This document shows positions 26,875 to 35,842 of a DNA stretch of 64,000 nt, one piece after another (position 1 is the stretch's first letter; each line of letters starts with the position of its first letter). A model generated the notes under the pieces. The model ran no database searches. It was given only the letters and a program-made list of their open reading frames with translations, and was not told the DNA's origin. The stretch comes from a virus: the IMG/VR virus record IMGVR_UViG_3300042988_001550; one strand, written 5' to 3'. The position numbers and the translations under genes were made by a program.

Positions 26875-26952
26875 TGGTGGGCCTTGAGGGGATCGAACCC
26901 TCGAACCTCCTCGATGTAAACGAGGCGCTCTAACCAGCTGAGCTAAAGGCCC
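26875..26952 (-). tRNA. tRNA-Val(UAC)
   Basis: GGGCCTT/AAGGCCC, GCTC/GAGC, CCTCG/CGAGG with loop TTTACAT, CGAGG-GTTCGAT-CCCTC, and CCA. Confidence 0.8.
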
Positions 26953-26960
26953 GTAAAAGG

Positions 26961-27052
26961 TGGCGGAAGGTGAGGGACTCGAACCCACAAGACCTTGTTG
27001 AAGGGTCCGCTGGTTTTCAAAACCAGTTGCTTGCCAATTCACACAACCTTCC
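26961..27052 (-). tRNA. tRNA-Ser(UGA), type II
   Basis: GGAAGGT/ACCTTCC, CTGGT/ACCAG with loop TTTGAAA, a 21-nt variable hairpin, discriminator G73, and CCA. Confidence 0.7.
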
Positions 27053-27061
27053 GCCTTGAAC

Positions 27062-27376
27062 CTAGAGAAGCTCCAGCGCCTTGTCGGACACCGAGCTGAG
27101 ATACGCCTTCGTGAAGATGCGCTCCGCTTCCTTCCGGTCGGAAAGAAGCAACCGCATTGCCGTCTTCTCGATGGTGCTCACCACCGGAAGCACGCGACGA
27201 GATCGCTTGTAGGCGACCCGGCCGTGGGCGTTCGAGTAGTAGTACGTCGCGACAGTGCTCGGCATGAGACCGAGCTCCTCGCTGACGGCGAAGAACGCCG
27301 CCCGCAGCGATTTCCCGTGGTCGAGAATCGCGGTCTGAACCATGCGCTTGACGCGCGCCTGTGTGGTAAACATGCT
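27062..27376 (-). CDS. HTH DNA-binding protein, paralogous to the next gene
   Basis: Started at internal MSMFTTQARV. The HTH-like segment is GKSLRAAFFAVSEELGLMPSTVATYY. The track's N-terminal extension (MARTG...KCHKS) runs through the CTTATGACA motif and is rejected. Confidence 0.55.
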   Translation of the reverse strand, partial: SMFTTQARVKRMVQTAILDHGKSLRAAFFAVSEELGLMPSTVATYYYSNAHGRVAYKRSRRVLPVVSTIEKTAMRLLLSDRKEAERIFTKAYLSSVSDKALELL

Positions 27377-27417
27377 CATTGATCTAGTCTCCTTGTAGGA
27401 CGAAATGTCCTTCAAAG

Positions 27418-27426
27418 ACTTATGAC
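27418..27426 (+). promoter_or_regulatory. CTTATGACA motif copy
   Basis: Exact 9-mer, 40 nt upstream (minus-strand sense) of the MSMF start of the HTH gene. Confidence 0.4.
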
Positions 27427-27428
27427 AC

Positions 27429-27821
27429 TTATAGATCGACTTTTGAGAAGATGTCCTGGATCCTGTCCTTGCCAATCATTTCTACCGCAGCGTCAAAGTC
27501 AGCCGCCAGAGCCTTAACGATTACCTTGAAGTGCCGTTGAGTTTCTGAGTCTGATTGGAAAGTAGTACGATCGCGGACAGGCTCTGTGGTATTAGCGGCA
27601 GCCGCTTGTTCGCTCTTATAGTGTTCCCACTTGTTGACGATAGTGCGACCAGACAGACCTACCTCGGCGCCAACAATATAGGCGGCACTGCGGATGGATT
27701 TTCCTTCCGCGAGGAGTTCCAGCATTCTCGCCTTGATAATACCGGTCTTATTGCTAACCGGTTTGTGATCAACTTCCGACCCAACAACGTGGAATGATTC
27801 AGGGAGAGGTATCTGCGACAT
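27429..27821 (-). CDS. HTH DNA-binding protein, paralog
   Basis: GKSIRSAAYIVGAEVGLSGRTIVNKW parallels the HTH segment of the previous gene. Confidence 0.55.
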   Translation of the reverse strand: MSQIPLPESFHVVGSEVDHKPVSNKTGIIKARMLELLAEGKSIRSAAYIVGAEVGLSGRTIVNKWEHYKSEQAAAANTTEPVRDRTTFQSDSETQRHFKVIVKALAADFDAAVEMIGKDRIQDIFSKVDL

Positions 27822-27851
27822 TTTCCTAGAAAGGCTTTCTGTTTCTTTAGT

Positions 27852-28640
27852 GTGCGCTTACAATTGGGTATGATACAGATACAGACAATAAGTGCCGCAG
27901 CCAGTTCTCTTCTAGAACCGAGAAACGGATTGGCTAGTTTCGCTATCAAGCCTAACTTCGACTTTAAGGATAAGGCTGTGGTTGTTCTCGGCAACTCACC
28001 AGCCGTCGGTAAAGTTGACGTTGAGCTGCTGAAACGGCTTCACACTATCGGTGTTAACCGTATCTTCAAAGCTATCACGCCGGACGTGTACCTGTTTACT
28101 GACAAGGTAATCGAGGAGGCGGAAGCTGAAAACATCAAGAAATTCGCTGGTCCGATCCTGACGTGGCAGAACTATGACAAGAGCTTTGTCCACGACATGC
28201 CGAATGCCCGGTACTTCTTGTTAGGGAATATGTCCAATCCAAACCTGTGGCACTGGCCGCAGAGCCTGAAGGATCCGCTGATCCGCGAGGGAACTACAAC
28301 CGCCTACTGCATCCAGCTAGCCATTCTTGGGCGGGCGCGGGCGGTCGGTATTCTTGGCGTGGACTTCTCAGTGCCCAACATCCAGTCCCTCGGTAAGACA
28401 GATACTCACTTCTACGGCTCTGGGGCTGCGACAAGATCCACGGGCGGCGGGGACTGGCAGATGCACGCACCGTTCTACTCTGCGATACCTAAATGGGCAG
28501 AGAAGTTCGGCGTCAAGGTGTTCAACCTATCACCGTTCGAATCTACTCCCATCCATAAAGCAGGTTGGCCAAAGCTGTCTCTAGAGGACTTTGCCAGAAA
28601 GTTCGGGGATCCTGATCCGGTAAAAGCGGATCAACTATGA
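27852..28640 (+). CDS. DUF115/MptE-like protein (motility-associated-factor-type putative glycosyltransferase)
   Basis: KAVVVLGNSPA...GVNRIF...DVYLFTD...EGTTTAYCIQLAILGRARAVGILGVDF matches the layout I recall for the DUF115 family. Confidence 0.4.
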   Translation: MRLQLGMIQIQTISAAASSLLEPRNGLASFAIKPNFDFKDKAVVVLGNSPAVGKVDVELLKRLHTIGVNRIFKAITPDVYLFTDKVIEEAEAENIKKFAGPILTWQNYDKSFVHDMPNARYFLLGNMSNPNLWHWPQSLKDPLIREGTTTAYCIQLAILGRARAVGILGVDFSVPNIQSLGKTDTHFYGSGAATRSTGGGDWQMHAPFYSAIPKWAEKFGVKVFNLSPFESTPIHKAGWPKLSLEDFARKFGDPDPVKADQL

Positions 28641-29041
28641 GGTATCTAGTACTACTGTTGCTGGCGTCTTGCCGGACATCAACGATTGAGTTCACCCCCT
28701 ACGAGGAAGTGATCCAATCTAGAAATGATCCGATCATTACAGCCGCGATAACAGAACCGCCTAGCACGCCGACAGAGCCGCCTAGCGTTCCTACAGAGTT
28801 ACCCCTACCAGAAGAAGTACAAGAGGTAGTAATTCCTCAAACAGTGGCAACCCCACCTTCGGTTTTAGTTGAGGACGCGGCTATAACAGCCGAACCTGCT
28901 CCGCACTGCGAACCTGCCCCAGATACGCAAGAGTTCGCGGTATGGAAGATCTGGCTTATAGTTATGGTAGTGGCTGTACTGTCTCTAACATGGGGAATAG
29001 TGTGCAAAAAGAACTCAGGTACCAGGGTTCCGCCAACGTAG
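28637..29041 (+). CDS. lipoprotein with Pro-rich linker and C-terminal TM segment (u-spanin-like architecture)
   Basis: MRYLVLLLLASC (lipobox LASC), PSTPTEPPSVPTELPLPEE, and a C-terminal VWKIWLIVMVVAVLSLTWGIV. Confidence 0.55.
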   Translation: MRYLVLLLLASCRTSTIEFTPYEEVIQSRNDPIITAAITEPPSTPTEPPSVPTELPLPEEVQEVVIPQTVATPPSVLVEDAAITAEPAPHCEPAPDTQEFAVWKIWLIVMVVAVLSLTWGIVCKKNSGTRVPPT

Positions 29042-29397
29042 TATCCCTGATCCTGCACGTCTGTAACAAGACGCTCGGGTTTCCTGTCGATGTAAAGCAC
29101 GGGACAGCCGCCAACGTATACGCGGAATATCAGTTTGAAGGCGGACTGTGTACACTGTTTACGAGATCGACTAAAGACCTGTACCACATCACCATCCACT
29201 TCAAACCGGTGGCTGAGGCAGAAGATGCGGTAACAAGAAAGATGAGTCAGGTCGGCGCGGCAGTTTCCGCTATCGTAGGTGTTCCCGATTTTTTGTCAGT
29301 TTTCTTCTTAGCACCGGAGGACAGTGATGGGACAACACGGCTGGCAGATCCGAATGGCTCTGGCAACGATGCACGACCAAGTAACCCGGATAGCTAA
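28942..29397 (+). CDS. hypothetical protein (start uncertain; overlaps the upstream gene)
   Basis: 151-aa ORF in a different frame. The overlap with 28637..29041 argues for a later start. Confidence 0.3.
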   Translation: MEDLAYSYGSGCTVSNMGNSVQKELRYQGSANVVSLILHVCNKTLGFPVDVKHGTAANVYAEYQFEGGLCTLFTRSTKDLYHITIHFKPVAEAEDAVTRKMSQVGAAVSAIVGVPDFLSVFFLAPEDSDGTTRLADPNGSGNDARPSNPDS

Positions 29398-29608
29398 TAA
29401 CTACTACCGAATCAATTCGAAGCTACCCGATTTTGACAAACTAGATGCCATGTGGCTGGCTGTGTCTGACGACATCAAAGACGCTAAGGTCAGAACCCAG
29501 CTTCGTCGGGTCAACTGTAACGGGTACCTACGTGGGCACAATAACGAGATAACGGTCATTTTGAGTATACCTGACAGTGTTAGCAACTACCTTCGGAGCG
29601 AGGAATGA
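29324..29608 (+). CDS. hypothetical protein, 94 aa
   Basis: Coupled to the next ORF. Confidence 0.45.
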   Translation: MMGQHGWQIRMALATMHDQVTRIANNYYRINSKLPDFDKLDAMWLAVSDDIKDAKVRTQLRRVNCNGYLRGHNNEITVILSIPDSVSNYLRSEE

Positions 29609-30084
29609 GCGCTAAGGACACCAACTACCTAAGCCACATTCGATTTGTTCATAGACCGTATAAGCGCCCAGACAAGCATTCCAGAGCCACCCCAAAACAA
29701 GCATTTGATCACACACGAGCATACCGGGTTCTGACCACCAACGTCTCCAATACCTTCGTCGATATCTCCACTAACCTCCACCAGGTTGTTGGGAAGATGG
29801 GCACGATTGATACCACCATCATCCCGATGTTCTACGTTGGAGCAGAAGAGGACATGGACAGGTTCCTGCGCTGGCTAAACAACGTCGGCATGCTCGATGA
29901 AGACGGTAAGCCGAGACCGCTATTCGTCATTGAACAGTACGTCGAAGACGTTCACGCAGAGAATAAAAACAACGTCCGGGAGGGTAGAGCCACTATTCAG
30001 CTCCTTTTCCCTAATCAGCTCGACTCTTTGATGGTTTTGACGGACTACTCGCCCAACAAATCAAAAAAGTACTCCATCTACTAA
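29605..30084 (+). CDS. hypothetical protein, 159 aa
   Basis: Followed by a GCCCG-cgtc-CGGGC plus T-run terminator. Confidence 0.55.
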   Translation: MSAKDTNYLSHIRFVHRPYKRPDKHSRATPKQAFDHTRAYRVLTTNVSNTFVDISTNLHQVVGKMGTIDTTIIPMFYVGAEEDMDRFLRWLNNVGMLDEDGKPRPLFVIEQYVEDVHAENKNNVREGRATIQLLFPNQLDSLMVLTDYSPNKSKKYSIY

Positions 30085-30096
30085 AAAATTGAGTTT

Positions 30097-30118
30097 GCCC
30101 GCGTCCGGGCCTTCTTTT
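30097..30118 (+). terminator. rho-independent terminator
   Basis: GCCCGCGTCCGGGC hairpin followed by CTTCTTTT. Confidence 0.6.
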
Positions 30119-30284
30119 AACCATCATAATTTACTCAACTGTCTCAGTTCTACTGATACAAACGATGGACTCTTTTTGTGACATATCCGGCGAGTTCGGG
30201 CCGGCTGGGAAGCAGAGAGGTAATCACCCGAATCTCCTTTCGGGGTGTGGGACAGTGGGGGCTAAAGCAAACAGAATTTCTTCT

Positions 30285-30302
30285 GTCATTAGTCTTATGA
30301 CA
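30285..30302 (+). promoter_or_regulatory. Palindromic TGTCATTAG-T-CTTATGACA site
   Basis: Two inverted half-sites with one mismatch; exact 9-mer core at 30294..30302; TAGAAT 12 nt downstream. Confidence 0.45.
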
Positions 30303-30320
30303 CGAAATGATTAGAATTTA

Positions 30321-30527
30321 GTGATGAGAACTCTCTATAAAGTCGCCATGGCTGTATACACAGGAATGGCGTATAATTCAAAACCAGAGCCGGACGCCAA
30401 GCATATACCCAGGTCACACCGGGGTACCGACATATCCGGAAACAACTCGTCGGTAAACCCAGGAATTTGGACAGAACATACCCCTAAAACTAAACCGAGA
30501 AAAGTGACCGATGTCTCACAGTATTAG
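30321..30527 (+). CDS. hypothetical small protein, 68 aa
   Basis: First ORF after the palindromic TGTCATTAG-T-CTTATGACA site. No ribosome-binding site seen; weak call. Confidence 0.35.
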   Translation: MMRTLYKVAMAVYTGMAYNSKPEPDAKHIPRSHRGTDISGNNSSVNPGIWTEHTPKTKPRKVTDVSQY

Positions 30528-30685
30528 GGTGAAGAAGATTCGACTGGTTGCGGGTAGACTTAAGGCTGGCCCTAATCCGGCTGGCTTCAATAAGCCGCAT
30601 CCTAAAACAACCCCAGGTAGCCCAGGCACGAACCACCCGACGGTTGTAGCTAAGAAACGTGCTTCCGCTTTTTTACGAGGACCAA

Positions 30686-30811
30686 ATGGACGAAGAATTT
30701 GACGATCTAGACGAGCTCGTTACTGACGAAGAGGACTCGAATGACGAGGACTACGACAGCGACGATGACGAAGATGATGACGAACTAGAACTCGATTATC
30801 CGACAGAGTAG
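30686..30811 (+). CDS. very acidic 41-aa peptide (MDEEFDDLDELVTDEEDSNDEDYDSDDDEDDDELELDYPTE)
   Basis: ATG at 30686 and TAG at 30809..30811, 27 of 41 residues Asp or Glu. Below the ORF-track length cutoff. Confidence 0.4.
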   Translation: MDEEFDDLDELVTDEEDSNDEDYDSDDDEDDDELELDYPTE

Positions 30812-30813
30812 CA

Positions 30814-30993
30814 ATGCCCGATCCCATCTCGATACCTGAGGTTCCCAGTGGACCTCTAGAGCCGAAGGCGAAGCTCAAGATCCCTGCTCACCCTCAGTTG
30901 AGGGAGAAACTGGACCAGGCGCTCGAAGCGGCGTTCGAGGCTAAGTACGAGAAGGAACAGGCTGAGGCAAAACGCGCCGGAGGGCGTAGATGA
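30814..30993 (+). CDS. hypothetical small protein, 59 aa
   Basis: Starts 3 nt after the acidic ORF, and its stop overlaps the next ATG. Confidence 0.4.
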   Translation: MPDPISIPEVPSGPLEPKAKLKIPAHPQLREKLDQALEAAFEAKYEKEQAEAKRAGGRR

Positions 30994-31196
30994 ACCTAGG
31001 CAAAGCCAGACACCTTTCGCGCAGATCCGGAGTTAGGTCCGGAATACCAGAGCATGTGGCTCTACCGAAATTCATGACACCTAACGAGATTAGAGTCGTA
31101 GTCGAATTGAAGCAGCGCCACCCGGATCGACCTTGGGAAGATCTTGTTGACGCGGTAATTAACACCACAGAGTTAAATGACGTCCGACACCTTTAG
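30990..31196 (+). CDS. hypothetical small protein, 68 aa
   Basis: ATGA coupling. Confidence 0.4.
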   Translation: MNLGKARHLSRRSGVRSGIPEHVALPKFMTPNEIRVVVELKQRHPDRPWEDLVDAVINTTELNDVRHL

Positions 31197-33138
31197 TCAA
31201 CAGATAAAACAGAAATCACTAGGCCGGAACTGTGTTACCGGCCTTATTGATTTTAGCGATATCTACAGTCGGTATAAAGACAGTTTGCAGGAGTCTAAGG
31301 CTACCGAACTGGAACTAGCCGATAACGCTAAGAACAACGAGTCGGCTTTCGGGAAGATGATGTCAAGCATCTTCAGCTCTACCGGAGCGAACACTTCTAG
31401 CAGCGTGAATGCCTTTGTGGGGCAAGATATTGATTCACTAGAGGATCTGTTATCAGCTGTCGGCTCTACAGTTGATACGATAATGGATCCGCTAGCGATA
31501 ACTGATGCGATCGCTACAACTGCCACAGCGACACTCGGAACAACTCTCGGGGCTGTAGGAGCATTTGATCCTAGTGTTCGCGACCTGCTTGTAAGCAATA
31601 CAAAAGAGCGCAGCAAGGGCGTCTGCGGTAAACGCAACATCCATCTCGCATCAAATACCTTTAGAGGGGTTGTCGCCTCCTATGGTCAGCTAAAGAGCGG
31701 TGCCCGCGAGATACAGCGCATAACTAAGGCGTTTGCAGCAGCTTCTGGCTCTGGTAACGGTTTTGGAGACGGCCTGAAATGGGTCGTCGGAAACACCTTA
31801 CTGGTCGGCTTGAATAACGAGCTGAGCATCCTGAAGCAGATCTGCGATACCGTTCAGGATCTGAACAAAGCGGTCGAGCGGCTGCGCCCATCAGACTACG
31901 TTACGAATCACCGCGAGATTGCGGCTGTTGTTAAGTTCCTGCTTGATAGAGCAGACACGTCTCTAGAGACTGTTAACAACATCATGCTGGCTGGTGGCGC
32001 TTTAGATGAGGCCGGCTACGAAGCTTCCAGGATTGACGTTGAGACTGCCAAAGACATCTTGAAAGGTGATTACTTTGGTGATCTGCTCAAGATCCTACCA
32101 ACGACCAGAATGCTTAAGGTTGTCGGCCTCTATGTAAAACTGTCCTTGCTGACAGAGACGTTCAACAAGACCTCAGATAGAAACAGAGAGGACGCGACCA
32201 ACTTCTTCGAGTTCGATCTGAACTTTACCAGAGCCACGCCCGGCATAGACGTCCTATACGGCCCGATAGTCAACGCTATCCGCTGCCGACTACAGCGTAC
32301 CGTCAGCGACATAACTGATACGATGTCAAAGGATCAATTACTGCTCTATCTCCTAAAAGAGAAGCAGTGGTATGCTGAGGCTTTGCTGACACTAGAGCTC
32401 TATAAAGGGCTGGAAGTGTTCGGTAAGGTGAAAAAAGCGCTCTCCTCAGGAGACCTAATGAAGGCACTGAACTTCCAGGTCGAGCTAGATACTGGGAGGA
32501 TGACAACAAGCTACTCAGGCTTGCGCGACAAAGACACCATCGTCGCCTACCTCACACTCTACATGGACTTCGTGAGGAAGAAGATCAACATGAACGTGCC
32601 AAGCTCGCTCGTCACATCTTACGGCGACCTTGCTACGTTTGAGATTGCGGAGTACATTAAGGAACGACCGGCGTTCCACGGAGCGTCGTTCGTCAAAGTG
32701 TTTGGTAGCAGTCTACCTCCAAATCTTCAAAACTTCGCCGCCAGTGCGCTTAGCAATCCGATAGAAGAGGCGCTTAGCCACCTAAGTCAGGACGCCCAGA
32801 ACGGTATCCTGTTAGCCCAAATGTACCTGGCCTTCCTTTCAGACGAGGATGCTGACTTAGCTACCGAGGCGCTTTCAAGAGGCGATCTGGTCACCTTCTT
32901 CAGTTTTGACTCAGTGGTCAATAAGCTCGGTCAGCACCTAGCGGAGCAATCCCTGTCCTTAGTTGCGTGCATCAGAAATGATCCGCGCCCTAACGTGGCC
33001 GCAATGACAGCTGCCAAGAGTGCCTACGAGGAGGCCCAGGATCAGGTAAGGGCTTCATCAATTTGGAAAGACGTCTACTACAATTCCCACGAGAAGCACA
33101 TCCAGACGACAATCCTCACAGATTTGGATGTTCAGTAG
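31177..33138 (+). CDS. hypothetical protein, 653 aa
   Basis: Long ORF followed by a terminator. Confidence 0.6.
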   Translation: MTSDTFSQQIKQKSLGRNCVTGLIDFSDIYSRYKDSLQESKATELELADNAKNNESAFGKMMSSIFSSTGANTSSSVNAFVGQDIDSLEDLLSAVGSTVDTIMDPLAITDAIATTATATLGTTLGAVGAFDPSVRDLLVSNTKERSKGVCGKRNIHLASNTFRGVVASYGQLKSGAREIQRITKAFAAASGSGNGFGDGLKWVVGNTLLVGLNNELSILKQICDTVQDLNKAVERLRPSDYVTNHREIAAVVKFLLDRADTSLETVNNIMLAGGALDEAGYEASRIDVETAKDILKGDYFGDLLKILPTTRMLKVVGLYVKLSLLTETFNKTSDRNREDATNFFEFDLNFTRATPGIDVLYGPIVNAIRCRLQRTVSDITDTMSKDQLLLYLLKEKQWYAEALLTLELYKGLEVFGKVKKALSSGDLMKALNFQVELDTGRMTTSYSGLRDKDTIVAYLTLYMDFVRKKINMNVPSSLVTSYGDLATFEIAEYIKERPAFHGASFVKVFGSSLPPNLQNFAASALSNPIEEALSHLSQDAQNGILLAQMYLAFLSDEDADLATEALSRGDLVTFFSFDSVVNKLGQHLAEQSLSLVACIRNDPRPNVAAMTAAKSAYEEAQDQVRASSIWKDVYYNSHEKHIQTTILTDLDVQ

Positions 33139-33174
33139 TTGCGCTACCCAATTAGCACACTAGAATCAATAGTA

Positions 33175-33211
33175 GAGGGTTAAAGCTTTCCCTCCTAATC
33201 ACTTTTTTTTT
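33175..33211 (+). terminator. rho-independent terminator
   Basis: GAGGG-ttaaagcttt-CCCTC hairpin, then CTAATCACTTTTTTTTT. Confidence 0.6.
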
Positions 33212-33220
33212 GGAGTAACC

Positions 33221-33490
33221 ATGGTTAACGATCTCGATCAAGTTTTTGCACAGGGCGTTGTTGACGGCATTGAAAAGACGGCTGCGAAGCGTAAGCCGAA
33301 ATCGATGCTCAAGGGCCTCGGTAAGAAGATCTCCGGCGCAGCCGGTTCGGCGAAGAAGTCGGCCGGTAAAGTGGGCAAGTGGGTGATGAAGAATAAGGGC
33401 AAGTCAGCTCTTATCGGTGCTGGTGCGGCAGCCGCCGGATACGGTGGTTACAAGCTGTATAAGCACATGAAGAACAAGAACAAAGAGTAG
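33221..33490 (+). CDS. Lys-rich small protein with a Gly/Ala-rich C-terminal hydrophobic patch
   Basis: GGAG ribosome-binding site; 89 aa, KK-rich; C-terminal SALIGAGAAAAGYGGY. Confidence 0.5.
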   Translation: MVNDLDQVFAQGVVDGIEKTAAKRKPKSMLKGLGKKISGAAGSAKKSAGKVGKWVMKNKGKSALIGAGAAAAGYGGYKLYKHMKNKNKE

Positions 33491-33532
33491 TCCAGTTCTA
33501 GTCGCTACCTAGGACCGCGCCCACGCAGAAAT

Positions 33533-33961
33533 GTGTGGGCGCTATACTTTCATAACATGGACTACAAGATACTGTCGGTTGACAGCGCAGGATCGGTGTC
33601 GCTGTCGTCTGGTAGCAATCCAGAGAGAGTGTCCGGGATCCAGGCTCTCGTACAGGTTGTACTGATTGAGCTACTGTCGTCGTTCGATCCCAGAACATCT
33701 AGAGGTTCTGATTTGATCAAGAATGCTAATGACGTGGCAATACAAGACCCGAGTCAATTCAAGAGTATTGCCGCAAAAGCACTAAACACTGCTCAAGCGC
33801 ACATTATAGCTAACCAGTCGCAATCTCAGTGGCTTTCCACATCTGAGAGACTGATAAAGCTGGAGATGCTGGACGCAAAAATGAACAGTGGTACGTTCTC
33901 TCTGGCGTTTAAACTCACTAACGCGGATAATCAGGACATCACTGTACAGCTTCCGCTATGA
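33533..33961 (+). CDS. hypothetical protein, 142 aa (faint gp25/GPW-like baseplate motif)
   Basis: LVQVVLIELLSSFDPRTSRGSDL resembles the gp25 family core, weakly. Confidence 0.5.
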   Translation: MWALYFHNMDYKILSVDSAGSVSLSSGSNPERVSGIQALVQVVLIELLSSFDPRTSRGSDLIKNANDVAIQDPSQFKSIAAKALNTAQAHIIANQSQSQWLSTSERLIKLEMLDAKMNSGTFSLAFKLTNADNQDITVQLPL

Positions 33962-35424
33962 ATCAGATCACTAACAGCATCCTTAGCGGGCTGATCAAGT
34001 TCGCGGAACTGAAGGATGGCGTGCAGCTGCAAGAGCAGCAAGAGCGCATAAAGAAGAAGCTCAAGAAAGCTCCCGGCCTCTTAGTGTATCACGGATTAGG
34101 ATCTGGTAAGACCTTGGCGAGTATTGCGGCGGGTGACGACCTGGGTGGGAAGGTCAACGTAGTTGTTCCGGCCGCGCTCCGCGAGAACTACCGCAAAGAA
34201 ATCAATCAGTACGTCGGGAAACCCAAAGCTGACTTCGATGTTTCCTCATACGAGAAGGCATCCAAAGACGGCTTCAAGCATGATCGTGCTTCTCTGACGG
34301 TGTTTGACGAAGCCCACAGAATGGGTGATCCGTCGTCAGCCAGAGGAGATCTGCCTAGAAAGGCTCCCGGCAAGGTTCTACTACTCACCGGCACCCCGGT
34401 TAAGAACAAGCCGTCAGAAGCGTTACCTCTCCTTCGAGGTATTGCGAGAGACCGTAAGCTGCCTAAGAATGTCCAAGACTTCGATCAGCGATTTGTTGGC
34501 GAGAAGGTGGTAAAGCCGGGACTGTTCGCACGATTGCGCGGAGTTAAGCCTGGTGTTGAGAAGTACCTCAAGAACAAGGGACAGTTGGCCGAGCTCATTC
34601 GCGGCAGAGTGGACTACCACCCGTCTCGTGGAGAGTTCCCCGAGGTTAGCCACGAGTTTGTTGAAACTGAGATGACACAGACCCAGTCCGATATCTACAA
34701 AGGACTGATGAGCAAGAACCCTCTGCTAGCGTACAAGATCAAGAATAACCTTCCTCCCGATAAGAAGGAATCAGAGCAGCTGAATGCCTTCCTGTCCGGC
34801 ATACGCCAGATATCGAATGACCCGGCTACCTATGACGTTCGGCAGACAGCCCGCCCTAATGAGCGTAGCCCGAAGATTCGCAAGATGTTCACAAACATCA
34901 TGGGCAACCTCTCTAAGGATCCCGGACATAAGCATCTCGTCTACTCTAACTACCTGCGGGCCGGTGTCATGCCGTTAGCGGAGGAACTATCCGCAGCCGG
35001 CGTTTCCTATGGCATCTTCCACGGTGGGCTGAGCGATAAGCAGCGTAAGCAGGTAGTCGATGACTACAACAACAACAAGCTGCAAGTGATTCTTATCAGC
35101 GGTGCTGGCGCTGAAGGCCTGGACCTAAAAGGTACGCGCACAGTACAGGTTATGGAGCCTCACTGGAACGCGGCCAGAATACGCCAGGTCGTCGGACGCG
35201 CCGTCCGAAACAAGAGTCACTCCCATCTTCCGCCCGACCAGCGCAACGTCAAGGTAGAGTACCACATGGTACGTCCTCCTCCGCAACAGAGAATGATGGG
35301 ACTTATCCCGTCTAAGTACGAACAGGGAGCAGACCGCTATCTGCTCTCACTGGCCCAGAAGAAACAGCGACTGGTTGACGAGATGTTGAACATCTTCCAA
35401 GAAGAAGGCATGCGCCATGAATAG
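33958..35424 (+). CDS. SNF2/RAD54-family superfamily-2 helicase
   Basis: Walker A GLGSGKT, DEAH-like FDEAHR, LLTGTPVKN, and C-terminal motifs V/VI (LISGAGAEGLDL, QVVGRAVR). Confidence 0.7.
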   Translation: MNQITNSILSGLIKFAELKDGVQLQEQQERIKKKLKKAPGLLVYHGLGSGKTLASIAAGDDLGGKVNVVVPAALRENYRKEINQYVGKPKADFDVSSYEKASKDGFKHDRASLTVFDEAHRMGDPSSARGDLPRKAPGKVLLLTGTPVKNKPSEALPLLRGIARDRKLPKNVQDFDQRFVGEKVVKPGLFARLRGVKPGVEKYLKNKGQLAELIRGRVDYHPSRGEFPEVSHEFVETEMTQTQSDIYKGLMSKNPLLAYKIKNNLPPDKKESEQLNAFLSGIRQISNDPATYDVRQTARPNERSPKIRKMFTNIMGNLSKDPGHKHLVYSNYLRAGVMPLAEELSAAGVSYGIFHGGLSDKQRKQVVDDYNNNKLQVILISGAGAEGLDLKGTRTVQVMEPHWNAARIRQVVGRAVRNKSHSHLPPDQRNVKVEYHMVRPPPQQRMMGLIPSKYEQGADRYLLSLAQKKQRLVDEMLNIFQEEGMRHE

Positions 35425-35734
35425 TTCTGCCATTGCAGCAAAGCTCGCCATCCACACGATCGCGGGTCTGACAAAGTCCGCTGGGATACCGGCACCCGCT
35501 ATTATCCGAAGAGGCCTGGAGCGGTTAGCTAGAAATCGCCGAGTCCCGAAGTTCGTTAGTGGTTCAGCAACAGGGGTCAAGAAACACCTCGTGCCTATCA
35601 ACTCAGCGAACGTCTCGGATACTGCAACAGACCTCGCTATTGGCGCCGGCATGGCGGTAGCTTCCGACCGTGTTGCTAAGCACGTGATCGATAAGCTGGA
35701 CGACAATAAGAAGAAAAAGTCACAGCAAACGTGA
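35417..35734 (+). CDS. hypothetical protein, 105 aa
   Basis: Short overlap with the helicase gene. Confidence 0.45.
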   Translation: MNSSAIAAKLAIHTIAGLTKSAGIPAPAIIRRGLERLARNRRVPKFVSGSATGVKKHLVPINSANVSDTATDLAIGAGMAVASDRVAKHVIDKLDDNKKKKSQQT

Positions 35735-35762
35735 TGTGATTTAATCACGTTTGAATCTACGA

Positions 35763-35795
35763 AGACTTACAGTGAAACGGCTGTAAGTCTTTTTG
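35763..35795 (+). terminator. rho-independent terminator
   Basis: AGACTTACAG-tgaaacgg-CTGTAAGTCT followed by TTTTG. A 9-bp inverted repeat AAACGTGAT/ATCACGTTT precedes it. Confidence 0.6.
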
Positions 35796-35842
35796 TAGTA
35801 GGATTCTATTGACTGTATACTTAACTGATTCGAGACGCACCT

